Positions 51,486 to 63,242 of a DNA stretch of 64,000 nt are shown piece after piece. Origin of the DNA: Mobula hypostoma (Eukaryota); the NCBI RefSeq assembly GCF_963921235.1, contig NC_086108.1, positions 45,138,001 through 45,202,000 on the forward strand. Direction: 5' to 3'. The notes under the pieces are model-generated. The model was not told the origin of the DNA, did not search any database, and saw only the letters and a program-made list of their open reading frames with translations. The position numbers were made by a program, and so were the translations under genes. Each line of letters begins with the position of its first letter. The first letter of the stretch is position 1.

Positions 51486-52094
51486 TTAGTGGTGGGCCAG
51501 ATTGTACTGAGAGCTAGCTGGTTGATCTGTGGAGGAGTGTATTCCAGGTTTTTGTATCTTTCTCTTGCAGCAATCAATAAATATGGAATGTGCTAGAGAT
51601 TAAATCTTGACACATCAGTGGTAAGTCCAGGGGATGGCATTGCTGCCTTTTCTAGTGCATAATTTGAATTAGAAATATTGATCTTCCTTAAAATGCAAAT
51701 TTAGGGTAGTTTATTTGGTTACTTTCTTTGCTTCACTGTTTCATCGTGTATGTTTTGTTCTTATTTATTTAATTATAGTTTAATGTGTCTTAAAATAAAT
51801 TCATTATATTTTAAGATTTTCCAATCAATTTAAGTTAATGTCAATTGCCATAGATACTTATAAAACAACAAAACAGACATTTGACATCAGGGCTTTGCTG
51901 GGAGTGGGGTCTCGTGATTTAACCTTGCAAGGGTTGGTCACTAGTTGCAGCTTGCTACGCTTGAGGTAGTTAGGAGCTGCATGGCTACAAAATGTTAGCT
52001 ATTGGACAGTTTGCTCTGTGCGTGCATGCGTACGTGTGTGGTGGATTAGATCAAGCATGATCCATCCCTCTATCTTCAGCAGTGGGATAATCTT

Positions 52095-52190
52095 TCACTG
52101 TTGCATTGAAGTGTCAGACTCAGTTATGTGAGGGAGTCTCTGGAGTGGGACTTGAACCCACAAGCCCTGACTCTGAGTTGAAAGTGCTAT
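52095..52190 (-). mobile_element. SacSINE1-like tRNA-related SINE head
   Basis: Minus strand tagcactttc..gtcagggcttgtgggttcaagtcccactccagagac, containing a Pol III B-box. Confidence 0.6.
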
Positions 52191-52339
52191 TAATTCATAC
52201 CAGGCAGAGGCCTTAAATAAAAAACAGGGGTCTCAATTAATGAAGGAGAAAACAGAAACACGTGAGATGGCCAAAAAAAGGCAGAATAAATAAGAAAAAA
52301 AGAGCACATAAACTAAGGTTGAAAGATTGAAATAAATAA

Positions 52340-52468
52340 GAAAGGTCTCGGCCTAAAACGTTGAGTATTTGCTCTTTTCCATAGATGCTGCTTTGCCTGC
52401 TGAGTTCCTCCAGCATTTTGCGTGTGTTGTTTGGATTTCCAGCATCTGCAGATTTTCTCTTGTTTGTG
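52340..52468 (+). repeat. Penelope-derived terminal repeat (partial)
   Basis: aaggtctcggcctaaaacgttga..atagatgctgc..tgagttcctccagcattttg..ccagcatctgcaga. Confidence 0.75.
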
Positions 52469-53560
52469 ATTGGATATTTATTATATTAAGTGTGTGGAGC
52501 AACGAGAAAGTCCTGTCTTATGTAATGCTCTCCGAATTTCTTTGTGTTCTCCATTACTACATAATTTAATATTTAGCACAGAAAATGGTTTACATTCCCT
52601 TAGTGTGGGATTCCATCCATGGTTCTTATCCTCAATAATGGTTTACTATCTTCCCTAATTATGAATGGCTTCCACACCTCCTCTATTGTTAAAATTACCT
52701 ACAAGCTAGTTGGTTCCTTCTATTATGCCAAATACATTTTTTTCAACAGCTGTTGCTTTTTTTTTAACTCTGATCAAAACTGTTCCCATATTAGCATGGT
52801 AGTAATCAGTTTAATTTGCCTCATGTTGTTTTTCAGTTTTTATATGTTGGAACTTCAGAATGTCTCTGTACCTTCCTTTTCTTTTACAATCTATGGACTT
52901 TTTAAGCTTGAATTTGGGATAATCTTACAAAAGTTTATTTACATTGCCCTACTCTCTTTAATCTTGTTGGTCTCCTGCATTATGGGATTTGGCCCTTCAC
53001 CCAGTATGAAACTGAATGTCCATATCCAATAGACTTGCATAACTTCAGTAATATAATCTGTCCTTCAGTCACAAATAGAATTTGAAATTGATGTAGATTT
53101 CTTTGGTGGCACAAAATGATTGTGATAATTTAATGTAACACACCTGGTCCAGTCCCTTGGTTGGTTTTAAGGACTAAATGTCTTTACCTTTTTCAAATTA
53201 GATTCAGGTTTAAATTACAAAGATGGAAAATTAAATTCCTCTGTCATGTCTGAATGATGAAAGCACCAGCCTGCGTCTAAGTTTCATTCAACGCCGTCCA
53301 AACGTACTTTTAGCTCGAAGTAAAGGAATAACAAGGACTGAAGTAATTTTAGGAAACAGCAGGTCATGACCTACTGCTGTTACATTTCTTTCTTCATTAA
53401 CTTTTAAGAAAACCTGAAGAAACATCTTACATTTTGTTCAATAGGACCAGTACATTTTGCTGTGTAAAGAAAGGGACAATAATTCTGTTGTTGCTAATGA
53501 CATTATAAGTACGTTTGTAAAATTTTCCACAACAATCAAAACCATGTTTGAAAGAAGTTT

Positions 53561-53688
53561 AAACGCAAACAACAGGAATTCTGCAGATGCTGGAAATCCA
53601 AGCAACACACATAAAAGTTGCTGGTGAATGCAGCAGGCCAGGCAGCATCTCTAGGAAGAGGTGCAGTCGACGTTTCAGGCCGAGACCC
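53561..53688 (-). repeat. Penelope-derived 128-bp insertion with a 14-bp TSD
   Basis: tttgaaagaagttt at 53547-53560 and 53689-53702; body gtcgacgtttcaggccgagaccc. Confidence 0.85.
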
Positions 53689-53939
53689 TTTGAAAGAAGT
53701 TTGTTTAGTGCTTCACTGAAGTCAGGAAATATTTAGAGAGGAAACAGTCATCGAAAGGTTGTTCCTTCAATATTCTAAAGTAATGTCACATAACTAAATG
53801 GTGGCAGCTAGAAAAGTCCTCCAAAATTTTCAATTCAGGGTCAGACTGATCTTTAGCATTCTTTCTGCCTATCCTCTATCCCGTTATTTCATTAGAGTAA
53901 AAAAAAATCATCAGTGTTAGCTTTGGAAATACCCAATGC

Positions 53940-55010
53940 AATGTGTATGCCCTGGCAGGGTCTGATTTGAGGAGAGATATTGAGGCTCTGGTCAGGAAAA
54001 AAGAGGTGTATGATGGGGATAGGCAGCTGGGATCAAGCAAACCCAGTGATGAACTTCTGGTAAAGAGTGTCAGCACGAAAAGTCGACTATACTCTTTTCC
54101 ACAGATGCTGCTTGGCCAGCTGATTTCCTCCAGCATTTTATGTGCGTTACCAATAAGGAGTATAAAAGATGTAAAGTACTCTCAGGCATACTCTCTGAGG
54201 AGGGGGAAAAGAGGATATGAGAGAGCTTAGCCTGAAAAGGTAAAGGAAAATTCTGAGAGATTATATGTGTACGTATATTACAAGAGATAATAGGTCCCCT
54301 TAAAGATGAGTGTGGTGGTCGATGTGTGGAGCCACAGGAAGTGGGTAAGGTTTTAAATTCATACTTTCATCTGTGGGAGAAGATTATGGAAGCTAAGGAA
54401 ATTAATAGTGATGTCTTGGATCACATCCCCATTGCAAAAGAAGAGGTAATGGTAGAGGGTGGTAGTGGAAGGTTGTTTTTCCTGGAAGCCTGTGACCAGT
54501 GGTTTGCCTCAGGGGTAGTTTGTTTATGTTAACAAATTGGATGAGAATGTGGTTGACATAGTTTGTAAGTTTACAGATTCCACCAAAATTGATTATCTAG
54601 TGAAGAAGGTTATCTAGTTCAACGAGGAAACTGGACCACATAATGGCAGATGGAATTTAAATCAGACAAACAATAATTATTGCATTTTGGTAAGTTAAAC
54701 CAAGGCACAATTTGAGCAGTAAATGGTAGGACCCTGGAGACTGTAGAACAGGGAGATCTAGGTGCACTGATGCTTAGGTCCCTGAAAGTGACAACACAAG
54801 TATGCACGATGGTGAAGAAGGCATTCGCATGCTTTCCTACATTGGCCGGGGTGTTGAGTACAGGGATTGGGATGTCATGTGCAACTGTACAAATCACTGG
54901 TGAGACCACACTTAACATTAACTGACATTTATACAAGCACATGGATCTAGCTCAGGTAGATAACAAGGACAAGTTGGGCTGAAGGGTCTGCTTCCGTAAT
55001 GTGACTCTAC
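53940..55010 (+). mobile_element. Decayed, internally deleted CR1 containing a Penelope-type repeat (about 54060-54150)
   Basis: IEALVRKKEVY, EPQEVG.VLN.YF, VTSG.PQG and WQMEFK remnants; gtcgactatactcttttccacagatgctgc insert. Confidence 0.75.
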
Positions 55011-55225
55011 TCCATATTGAAATAGTATGCAAAAGGGGAAGGTGAAACACAGAGAGTCCTGGAGGATGTGCCTGCTTTATCCTATGTTGTTTTCACTTAT
55101 TCTTGGAACTTGATATCCCTTTTTTCTCATTTCTGACTTATTTTGCAATGTTAATGCACCAAGTTTAAACCATGAGTTGTGATGAATGGAGATGTTTTAT
55201 TTGTTGCAGCTGTCTTCCTCCCACC

Positions 55226-55337
55226 TTCCAGACTTGGCTGAACCAAACTCAAAAGCCTCCTGAGTCTTGTGTGCATCAGCATTTCTGCCGGCGTGTACTC
55301 TGTCATGGAGTGCGGAGTTGATCTGTACCTTAAAAAA
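55226..55337 (-). pseudogene. Isolated Gypsy integrase fragment
   Basis: Minus-strand translation FLRYRSTPHSMTEYTPAEMLMHTRLRRLLSLVQP resembles the YRSTPHxxTxxSPAELLM motif after the integrase core. Confidence 0.6.
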
Positions 55338-56295
55338 CAATTCCAGATTACACAGCAAATCCATATTTTCCTTACATGAGTTGCTTCTTCTCTATTTCTG
55401 TATTGCTTCTTGCTCTACATTATTAGGATGTTGTACTGATCTAGCCATGCATGCAGATTACCTGTCCTTTCCACTTGAAGTTGAACATTTCATTGCTCTG
55501 AACTACTATATTTACGAAGGATGATCTTCATTACCTTGGTCACATTTTTTCTTGATAGTCCTGTTTTTTTGCACCATATTCATTTACATGGGTTTAATAT
55601 TGGAGCACCTGCTTTTACTATTGCCTTTTCCCTATGTACAGCAGGAGCATTGATGTTATGTGCTGTGTAATTTTCTGTAACAGTTTTGGAAGCAACTGTC
55701 TTCCAATTGACAATTTCTGCATATATACACAAAAATATATCCTGTGTTTTTAATAATTTGGATTGCATTTCCCAGTCTGTTAAACTGCACAGAACCTTTT
55801 TATCCAGTGCTCAACCCAGGAAAGTGCTGGAAATTCAGTGTTGAGGAGATCCTTGGATACTTAGCCTCACCACGGTTCCATGATTTCTCATTCTGAAATT
55901 ATACTTATTACAATTTCCAAATGTACCAGACTGAAGTGACTTTGTGATCCCTCTATCTCCTCATCAAATTAAACATCTTCAATCTTGATTGGAATCAAAC
56001 AACCTGCAAAAGAGGTAACCTATACCATCTCTATTTCAATTATTGTTTCTTGCTCTTGTATAGCTTCATTTTGTTCAGGCACATTTGCAGTTTTTTCACT
56101 GTCAGCTTTAATAGTACTATTTGCCCAGAAGATCATCTTCATTGATTCCATGTCAGAGCTAACAGCTGTCCTGAAGAAGGGTCTTGGCCCGAAACATCAA
56201 TTGTTTACTCTTTTTCCATAGATGCTGCCTGGTCTAACATAGAAACATAGAAAACCTACAGCACAATACAGGCCCTACCTTAGAAATTACTAGGC

Positions 56296-59187
56296 TTACC
56301 AATAACCCTCTATTTTTCTAAGCTCCATGTACCTATCCAAAAGTCTCTTAAAAGACCCTATCGTATCCACCTCCACCACCGTTACCGGCAGCCCATTCCA
56401 CGCACTCAGCACTCTCTGAGTGAAAAAACTTACTCTGACATCTCCTCTGTACCTACTCCCCAGCACCTTAAACCTGTGTCCTCTTGTGGCAACCATTTCA
56501 GCCCTGGGAAAAAGCCTCTGACTCTCCACACAATCAATGCCTCTCATCATCTTATACACCCCTATCAGGTCACCTCTAATCTTCTGTCGCTCCAAGAAGA
56601 AAAGGCCGAGTTCACTCAACCAATTCTCATAAGGCATGCTCCCCAATCCAGGCAACTTCCTTGTAAATCTCCTCTGCACAATTTCTATGGCTTCCACATC
56701 CTTCCTATAGTGAGGCAACCAGAACTGAGCACAGTACTCCAAGTGGGGTCTGACCAGGGTCCTATATAGCTGCAACATTACCTCCCAGCTCCTAAATTCA
56801 ATTGCATGATTGATGAAGGCCAATACACCATACGCCTTCTGAACCACAGAGTCAACCTGCGCAGCTGCTTTGAGTGTCCTATGGACTTGGAACCCAAGAT
56901 CCCTCTGATCCTCCATACTGCCAAGAGTCTTACCATTAATACTATATTCTGCCATCATATTTGACCTACCAAAATGAACCACTTCACACTTAATCTGAGT
57001 TGAACTCCATCTGCCACTTCTCAGCCCAGGTTTGGATCCTATCAATGTTCCGCTGTAACCTCTGACAGCCCTCCACACTATCCACAACACCTCCTACCTT
57101 TGTGTCATCAGCAAACTTGCTAACCCATCCCTCCACTTCCTCATCCAGGACATTTATAAAAATCACGAAGAGTAAGGGTCCCAGAACAGATCCCTGAGGC
57201 ACTCCACTGGTGACCGACCTCCATGCAGAATATGACCCGTCTACAACCACTCTTTGCCTTCTGTGGGCAAGCCTGTTCTGGATCCACAAAGCAATGTCCC
57301 CTTGGATCCTATGCCTCCTTACCTTCTCAATAAGCCTTGCATGGGGTACCTTATCAAATGCCTTGCTGAAATCCATATACACTATATCTACTGCTCTTCC
57401 TTCATCATTGTGTTTAGTCACATCCTCAAAAAATTCAATCAGGCTTGTAAGGCACGACATGCCCTTGACAAAGCCATGCTGACTATTCCTAATCATATTA
57501 TACCTCTCCAAATATTCATTAATCCTGCCTCTCAGGATCTTCTCCATCAACTTGCCAACCACTGAGGTAAGACTCACTGGTCTATAATTTCCTGGGATTT
57601 CTCTACTCCCTTTCTTGAATAAAGGAACAACATCCGCAACCCTCCAATCCTCCGGAACCTTTCCCGTCCCCATTGATGATGCAAATATCATCGCCAGAGG
57701 CTCAGCAATCTCCTCCCTTGCCTCCCACAGTAGCCTGGGGTACATCTGATCCAGTCCCCTGACTTACCCAACTTGATGCTTTCCAAAAGCTCCAGCACAT
57801 CCTCTTTCTTAATATCTACATGCTCAAGCTTTTCAGTCTGCTGCAAGTCATCACTACAATAACCAAGATCTTTTTCCATAGTGAATACTGAAGTAAAGTA
57901 TTCATTAAGTACCTCTGCTATTTCCTCTGGTTCCATACACACTTTCCCACTGTCACACTTGATAGGTCCTATTCTTTCACGTCTTATCCTCTTGCTCTTC
58001 ACATACTTGTAGAATGCCTTGGGGTTTTTCTTAATCCTGCCCGCCAAGGCCTTCTCATGGCCCCTTCTGGCTCTCATAATTTTCTTCTTAAGCTCCTTCC
58101 TATTAGCCTTATAATCTTCCAGATCTCTAACATTACCTAGCTCTCTGAACCTTTTGTAAGCTTTTCTTTTCTTCTAGACTAGATTTATTACAGCCTTTGT
58201 ATGGTAGGGTTCCTGTACCCTACCATAACTTCTCTGTCTCATTGGAACGTACCTGTGCAGAACTCCACACAAATATCCCCTGAACATTTGCCACATTTCT
58301 TCTGTACTTTTCCCTGAGAACATCTGTTTCGAATTTAAGCTTCCAATTTCCTGCCTGATAGCCTCATGTGCTTTTCTAACTTGTCTGTTCCTATTTCTCT
58401 CCAATGCTATTGTAAAGGAGATATAATTATGATCACTATCTCCAAAATGCTCTCCCACTGAGAGATCTGACACCTGACCAGGTTCATTTCCCAATACCAG
58501 ATCGAGTACAGCCTCTCCTCTTGTAGGCTTATCTACATATTATGTCAAGAATCCTTCCTGAACACACGTAACAAACTCCACCCAATCTGAACCCCTTGCT
58601 CTAGGGAGATGCCAATGAATATTTGGGAAATTAAAATCTCCCATCATGACAATTGTTATTATTACACCTTTCCAAGATCTGTTTCCCTATCTGCTCTTTG
58701 ATATCCCTGTTACTATTGGGCGGCCTATAAAAAAAACACCCAGTAAAGTTACTGACCCCTTCCTGTTCCTAACCTCCACCCACAGAGACTCCGTAGATAA
58801 TCCCTCCATGGCATCCACATTTTCTGCAGCCGTGACACTATCTCTGATCAACAGTGCCACGCCCCCACCTCTTTTGCCTCCCTCCCTGTCCTTTCTGAAA
58901 CATCTAAAACCCGGCATGTGAAGTAATCATTCCTGTCCCTGAACCATCCAAGACTCTGTAATGGCCACCTCATCATACCTCCAAGTACTGATCCACGCTC
59001 TAAGCTCATCTGCTTTGTTCACAACTCTCCCTGCGTTAAAATAGACGCATCTCAAACCTTTGGTCTGAGCGCGTCCCTTATCTATCACCTTTCTATCCTC
59101 CCTCTCGCACTGTCTGCAAGCTTTCTCTGTTTGTGAGCCAACCTCCTCTTCCCCAGTCTCTTCAGTTCGGTTCCCACCCCCCAACAA
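56296..59187 (-). pseudogene. CR1 ORF2 (AP endonuclease plus reverse transcriptase) in several frames
   Basis: YFNA, AITESW, GGGVALL, DSDH, PGNYRPVSLTS, DFSKAFDKVPH, FADD. Confidence 0.92.
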
Positions 59188-59194
59188 TTCAAGT

Positions 59195-60143
59195 TTAAAC
59201 TCTCCCCAGTAGCCTTAGCAAACCTCCCACCAGGATATTGGTCCCCCTGGGATTCAAGTGCAACCCATCCTTTTTGTACAGGTCACACCTGCCCCAAAAG
59301 AGGCCCCAACGCTCCAGAAATCTGAATCCCTGCCCCCTGCTCCAATCCCTCAGCCATGCATTTATCCTCCACCTCATTCTGTTCCTGTTCTCACTGTCGT
59401 GTGGCACAGGCAGTAATCCTGAGATTACTACCTTTGCGGTCCTGCTTCTCAACTTCCTTCCTAACTCCCTGTACTCTTTTTTCAGGACCTCTTCCCCTTT
59501 CCTACCTAAGTCATTGGTACCAATATGTACCACAACCTCTGGCTGTTCTCCCTCCCACTGCAGGATATCTTGGATGCAATCTGAAACATCTCGGACCCTG
59601 GCACCTGGGAGGTAAACTACCATCCGAGTTTCTTTTCTGCGTCCACAGAACCGCCTGTCTGACCCCCTAACTATAGAGTCCCCTATCACTATGCCTTCCT
59701 CTTCCTTTCCCTACCCTTCTGAGCCACAGGGCCAGACTCTGTGCCAGAGGCACAGCCATTGTCACTTCCCCCAGCTAGGCTGTCCCCCCCCCAACAGTAT
59801 CCAAACAGGAGTACTTATTGTCAAGGGGTACAGCCACAGGGGTACTCTCTGGTAACTGACTCTTCCCCTTCCCCCTCCTGACTGTGACCCACTTGTCTGT
59901 CTCCCATGGCCCCGGTGTGACCACCTGCCTATAACTCCTTTCTCTCACCTCCTCGCTCTCCCTGACCAGGTGAAGGTCATCGAGCTGCATCTCCGGTTCC
60001 CTAACTCGGTCCCTTAGGAGCTGCATCTTGACACACCTGGTGCAGATATGGCTGTCCGGGGGGCTGGGAGACTGCAGGACCTCCCACATCTGACACCGAG
60101 CACAGAAAACTGGCCTCACACACATACTTCCTCCTGTCCGCAA
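59195..60143 (-). pseudogene. CR1 ORF1 (zinc-finger plus SGNH/GDSL esterase)
   Basis: CARC..CTRC; IGDSIVR; VVHIGTND; DGLHLN. Confidence 0.88.
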
Positions 60144-60527
60144 ATAACACCGGTAAACCTACCTCGCCTCGTCCCGTTACTGCCTAAGCCTGTTGAGCCA
60201 AAGCCCTATCACTCTGCTGCCTCTCACACCGCTGTCCGCTCCGAACGCTGGCCTGCTGAGTTCCTCCAGCATTTGTGTGTGTTGCTTTAGATTTCTAACT
60301 CTGCAGATTTTCTCGTGTTTGTAACAGAGTTGGATTGATTCTAAGCTGCTGTTTTGCACTATTCTCACTTTAACATGGTTTATTTTGGCAATCTGTACAT
60401 GCTGTGCACCTGTTTCTTTCTCTGACACTCAAGTCTGAACTCAAATCCTATCATTTCAAGTTTGTATGATGAACTTACTGTGATTAGTCATCCATTTTCA
60501 GACTAAAATGATCAGCATGATTGTATT

Positions 60528-60705
60528 CAACATACAATCTACTGGAAGAATTCAGTGGGTCAAACAGCATCTGTAACCAATAGCATTGTTGGTTTTTCGG
60601 GTTGAAACCCTGGATCAGGACCTGAAATGTTGGGAATTCCTTTCCTCCCACAGATGCAATTTGACTCACTGAGTTCTTACAGCAGATTTTTGTTGCTCCA
60701 AATTC
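60528..60705. repeat. Old inverted (palindromic) Penelope-derived repeat
   Basis: ctggaagaattcagtgggtcaaacagcatctgt versus acagatgcaatttgactcactgagttcttacag. Confidence 0.6.
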
Positions 60706-60956
60706 CACACCTAATTTTTATGTCTCAGCATGATTTTACAGTCACTCAAGGCAGATTTAGATGTTCCCTATTCCCTCCCACCTCCTTGTCAGCTATGGCT
60801 TCCTGGTCAATACAGAGTCAAATGCATAGAATGCAGGATGATGCAACAGAAGTGTAGAGAGGTTTAGAAGATGTTTTGGGTTCACAGATTACTGGTACAT
60901 TTCCTCTTTTTCTCAGATGATGCATTCAATATGGTTGATTCTCATGGTTGAATATA

Positions 60957-61468
60957 GACTCAGTCACCACTTGGGTACATACTTTGGCTGCTGTAGCCCA
61001 TTTACTTCAAGGTTCGACATGTTGTGTATCCAGAGACATTCTTTTGCACAGACTGTTGTAGCACATGGTTGTTTGAGTTACCATTTCCTTCCCGTCTGCT
61101 TGAACCGGTCTGGCCATTATGACCTCTCTCATTAACAAGATCTTTGTGCCCAAAGAACTGCTGCTCACTGGGTGATTATTGTTTTTCATACAATTCTCTG
61201 TAAACTCTAGAGACTATTATTTGTGAAAATCCCTGAAGCTGAACAGTTTTTGAGATATTCAAACCACACTGTTTGGCACCAACAATCCTTCCCATGGTCA
61301 AAGTCACTTAGATCACATTTCTTCCACCTTCTGATGTTTGGTCTGAACAACAACTGAACCGCTTGACCATGTCTGTGTGCCTGTATGCATTAAGTTATTG
61401 CCACTTGATTGGTTGTTTATATATTTGCATTAACAAGCAGGGGTATCTAATAAAGTGGCAAATGAGTG
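60957..61468. mobile_element. Tc1-type non-autonomous DNA transposon
   Basis: TA flanks; degenerate TIRs gactcagtcaccactt..gtaca / gtatctaataaagtggcaaatgagtg. Confidence 0.75.
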
Positions 61469-61856
61469 TATTATGCAATGACATCACATTTACATATTCT
61501 ATAACCAGCAGAACCATTTTTTTCCTATTTTATCCATCTTACTTTTTTCAAATTATGCTGCTTGGGAATGCAGCTGTTGAAGAGTTTAATGCTGGGAAAC
61601 CATTATTAAAATAGTCTCATGCCATGGACCTGTCAAGCCTCCATTTATCTCTCAAATATGTAGTTTTACCCATGCTTTCCTTCCTGTTACTATACTCCGA
61701 AATGACCTTGGCAAAATTATCAAGAAAACAAAAAAGAGCATTTGTTTCACTGTCCTTCCAAGGTGTTGACTCACATTGGTATATTTTTTCCTGTGGCAGG
61801 AAATGAGTAGGGATGAAAAAAATGTATTTGGCTTTCTTTTAGAAGAGTGGCATCAT

Positions 61857-61993
61857 GACTTCCCTCTCCCACTCCCTCTCTCCCTCTCCCACTTCCCTCT
61901 CCCTCTCCCTCTCTCCCTCTCCCACTTCCCTCTCCCTCTCCCACTCTCCCTCTCCCACTTCCCTCTCCCTCTCCCTCTCTCCCTCTCCCACTT

Positions 61994-62030
<37 letters not shown>

Positions 62031-62170
62031 TCCCACTTCCCTCTCCCTCTCCCTCTCTCCCTCTCCCACTTCCCTCTCCCTCTCCCCCTCTCCCTCTCCC
62101 ACTTCCCTCTCCCTCTCCCACTCTCCCTCTCCCACTTCCCTCTCCCTCTCCCTCTCTCCCTCTCCCACTT

Positions 62171-62205
<35 letters not shown>

Positions 62206-62355
62206 TCTCCCTCTCCCACTTCCCTCTCCCTCTCCCTCTCTCCCTCTCCCACTTCCCTCTCCCTCTCCCTCTCTCCCTCTCCCACTTCCTTCTCTCTCTC
62301 TCTCTCTCTCCCTCTCCCTCTCTCCCTCTCCCACTTCCCTCTCTCTCTCCCACTT

Positions 62356-62429
<74 letters not shown>

Positions 62430-62435
62430 ATCCAT
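61857..62435. repeat. Polypyrimidine minisatellite/microsatellite: 33-bp unit interleaved with (CT)n
   Basis: cccacttcc anchors at 61888, 61921, 61954 and 61987; (ct)n tracts; ends (ctat)n. Confidence 0.95.
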
Positions 62436-62896
62436 CCCATAGGATGATGATGGTTCCTTTCATTCCTTTCAGTCAGTTAGTGGGGTTGACCCCACTCCTC
62501 AGAAAGGAACAGCGTGTGCGTGAGTGGATTTTAGGTGAGTAGGGGGTTGCACAGGTCCAGACCCACCCTCTCGACATCCCCTCCCGGATCCAGCAGCATG
62601 GTGGGGTTCAAGACGGCTGGGGGATGTTTTGTTGCAGTGAATGGCTAGACCAAGCTTCGATGCAAGGGATGCCCTTTCCGCGCTTCACGGCACGTGTTTG
62701 CTAGATGGCCATTGACCCTCCGAGAGGGTTCATCCGCCCGTTGACAGGTCTTGTTTCTCGTCCTGCAGGGTGTCTAGCCACCCTCCTCACCAGGCAAGCC
62801 TGGTGGGGGAGTCGGTTTAGTCACCGACCACCCGACCATGCGACAGGTAGTACTAGGTTACATGGTACCAGTAGCACTCAGACCAGTGACCTGACC
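62436..62896 (-). mobile_element. GC-rich non-autonomous retroposon-like element with a (GA)n tail (RTE-like, tentative)
   Basis: Abrupt GC/CpG-rich block abutting the GA/CT tract; hairpins caccagg-caag-cctggtg and agggtg-tctagc-caccct. Confidence 0.45.
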
Positions 62897-63242
62897 TAAC
62901 CTTATTCACTTGGGGTCAACATGTCCGCATGTACAGAGGCTATTGAACACTGACCAAGTAGAAATCTGAACTGATTATATTCCTTCTTACCATGTTCATT
63001 GTGACTGACTGATCATTATATATCGTATGCTTATTGGAGTGATTATTAGCCCTAAATTATTCCTTGGGTAATTTACTGTCAGCTCACCATATCCCACATA
63101 TGTCCCACCTACAGCTTCCCAATATCCTTTCGTGCTTCCAGCTTTCCTATCTCATTGCCGTCTTGCTTTGATCCTCCATGCATTTCACAGCTAATTTTGC
63201 ATTATTCCATCGCACTGCCAACTTGTCAATATCCTCCATATA

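Larger units (their letters stand above)
56236..60247 (-). mobile_element. Full-length (about 4.0 kb) frameshifted CR1 LINE
   Basis: ORF1 CxxC..CxxC (59775-60143) and SGNH esterase GDS/HIGTND/DGLH (59195-59689); APE 58174-59187; RT 56990-57745 (QGSVLGP, FADD); C-terminus 56296-57090; (aacatag)n tail; imperfect TSD ctggtct/ctggcct. Confidence 0.95.
56165..60325 (+). repeat. Penelope-derived repeat split by a CR1 (56165-56235 and 60248-60325)
   Basis: gtcctgaagaagggtcttggcccgaaacatc..gatgctgcctggtct | ctggcctgctgagttcctccagcatttgtgtg. Confidence 0.8.

Noticed and set aside
52140..52190. tRNA gene
   Set aside because: A B-box is present but there is no cloverleaf, and it continues into SINE body sequence
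52619..53032. 137-aa hydrophobic ORF (also 9577-9963 and 3937-4242)
   Set aside because: Explained by T-rich composition or overlap with repeats; no domain features
59195..59689. Cellular GDSL lipase or PAF-acetylhydrolase
   Set aside because: It occupies the ORF1 position of a CR1; esterase ORF1s are known in this clade
61888..62340. Regularly spaced 33-bp repeats as a CRISPR-like array
   Set aside because: No unique spacers, low complexity, eukaryotic context and no cas genes
61771..62447. Five ORFs of 148-223 aa (ERERE, LSLSL, GRGRE)
   Set aside because: Translations of a stop-free CT/GA array, not genes
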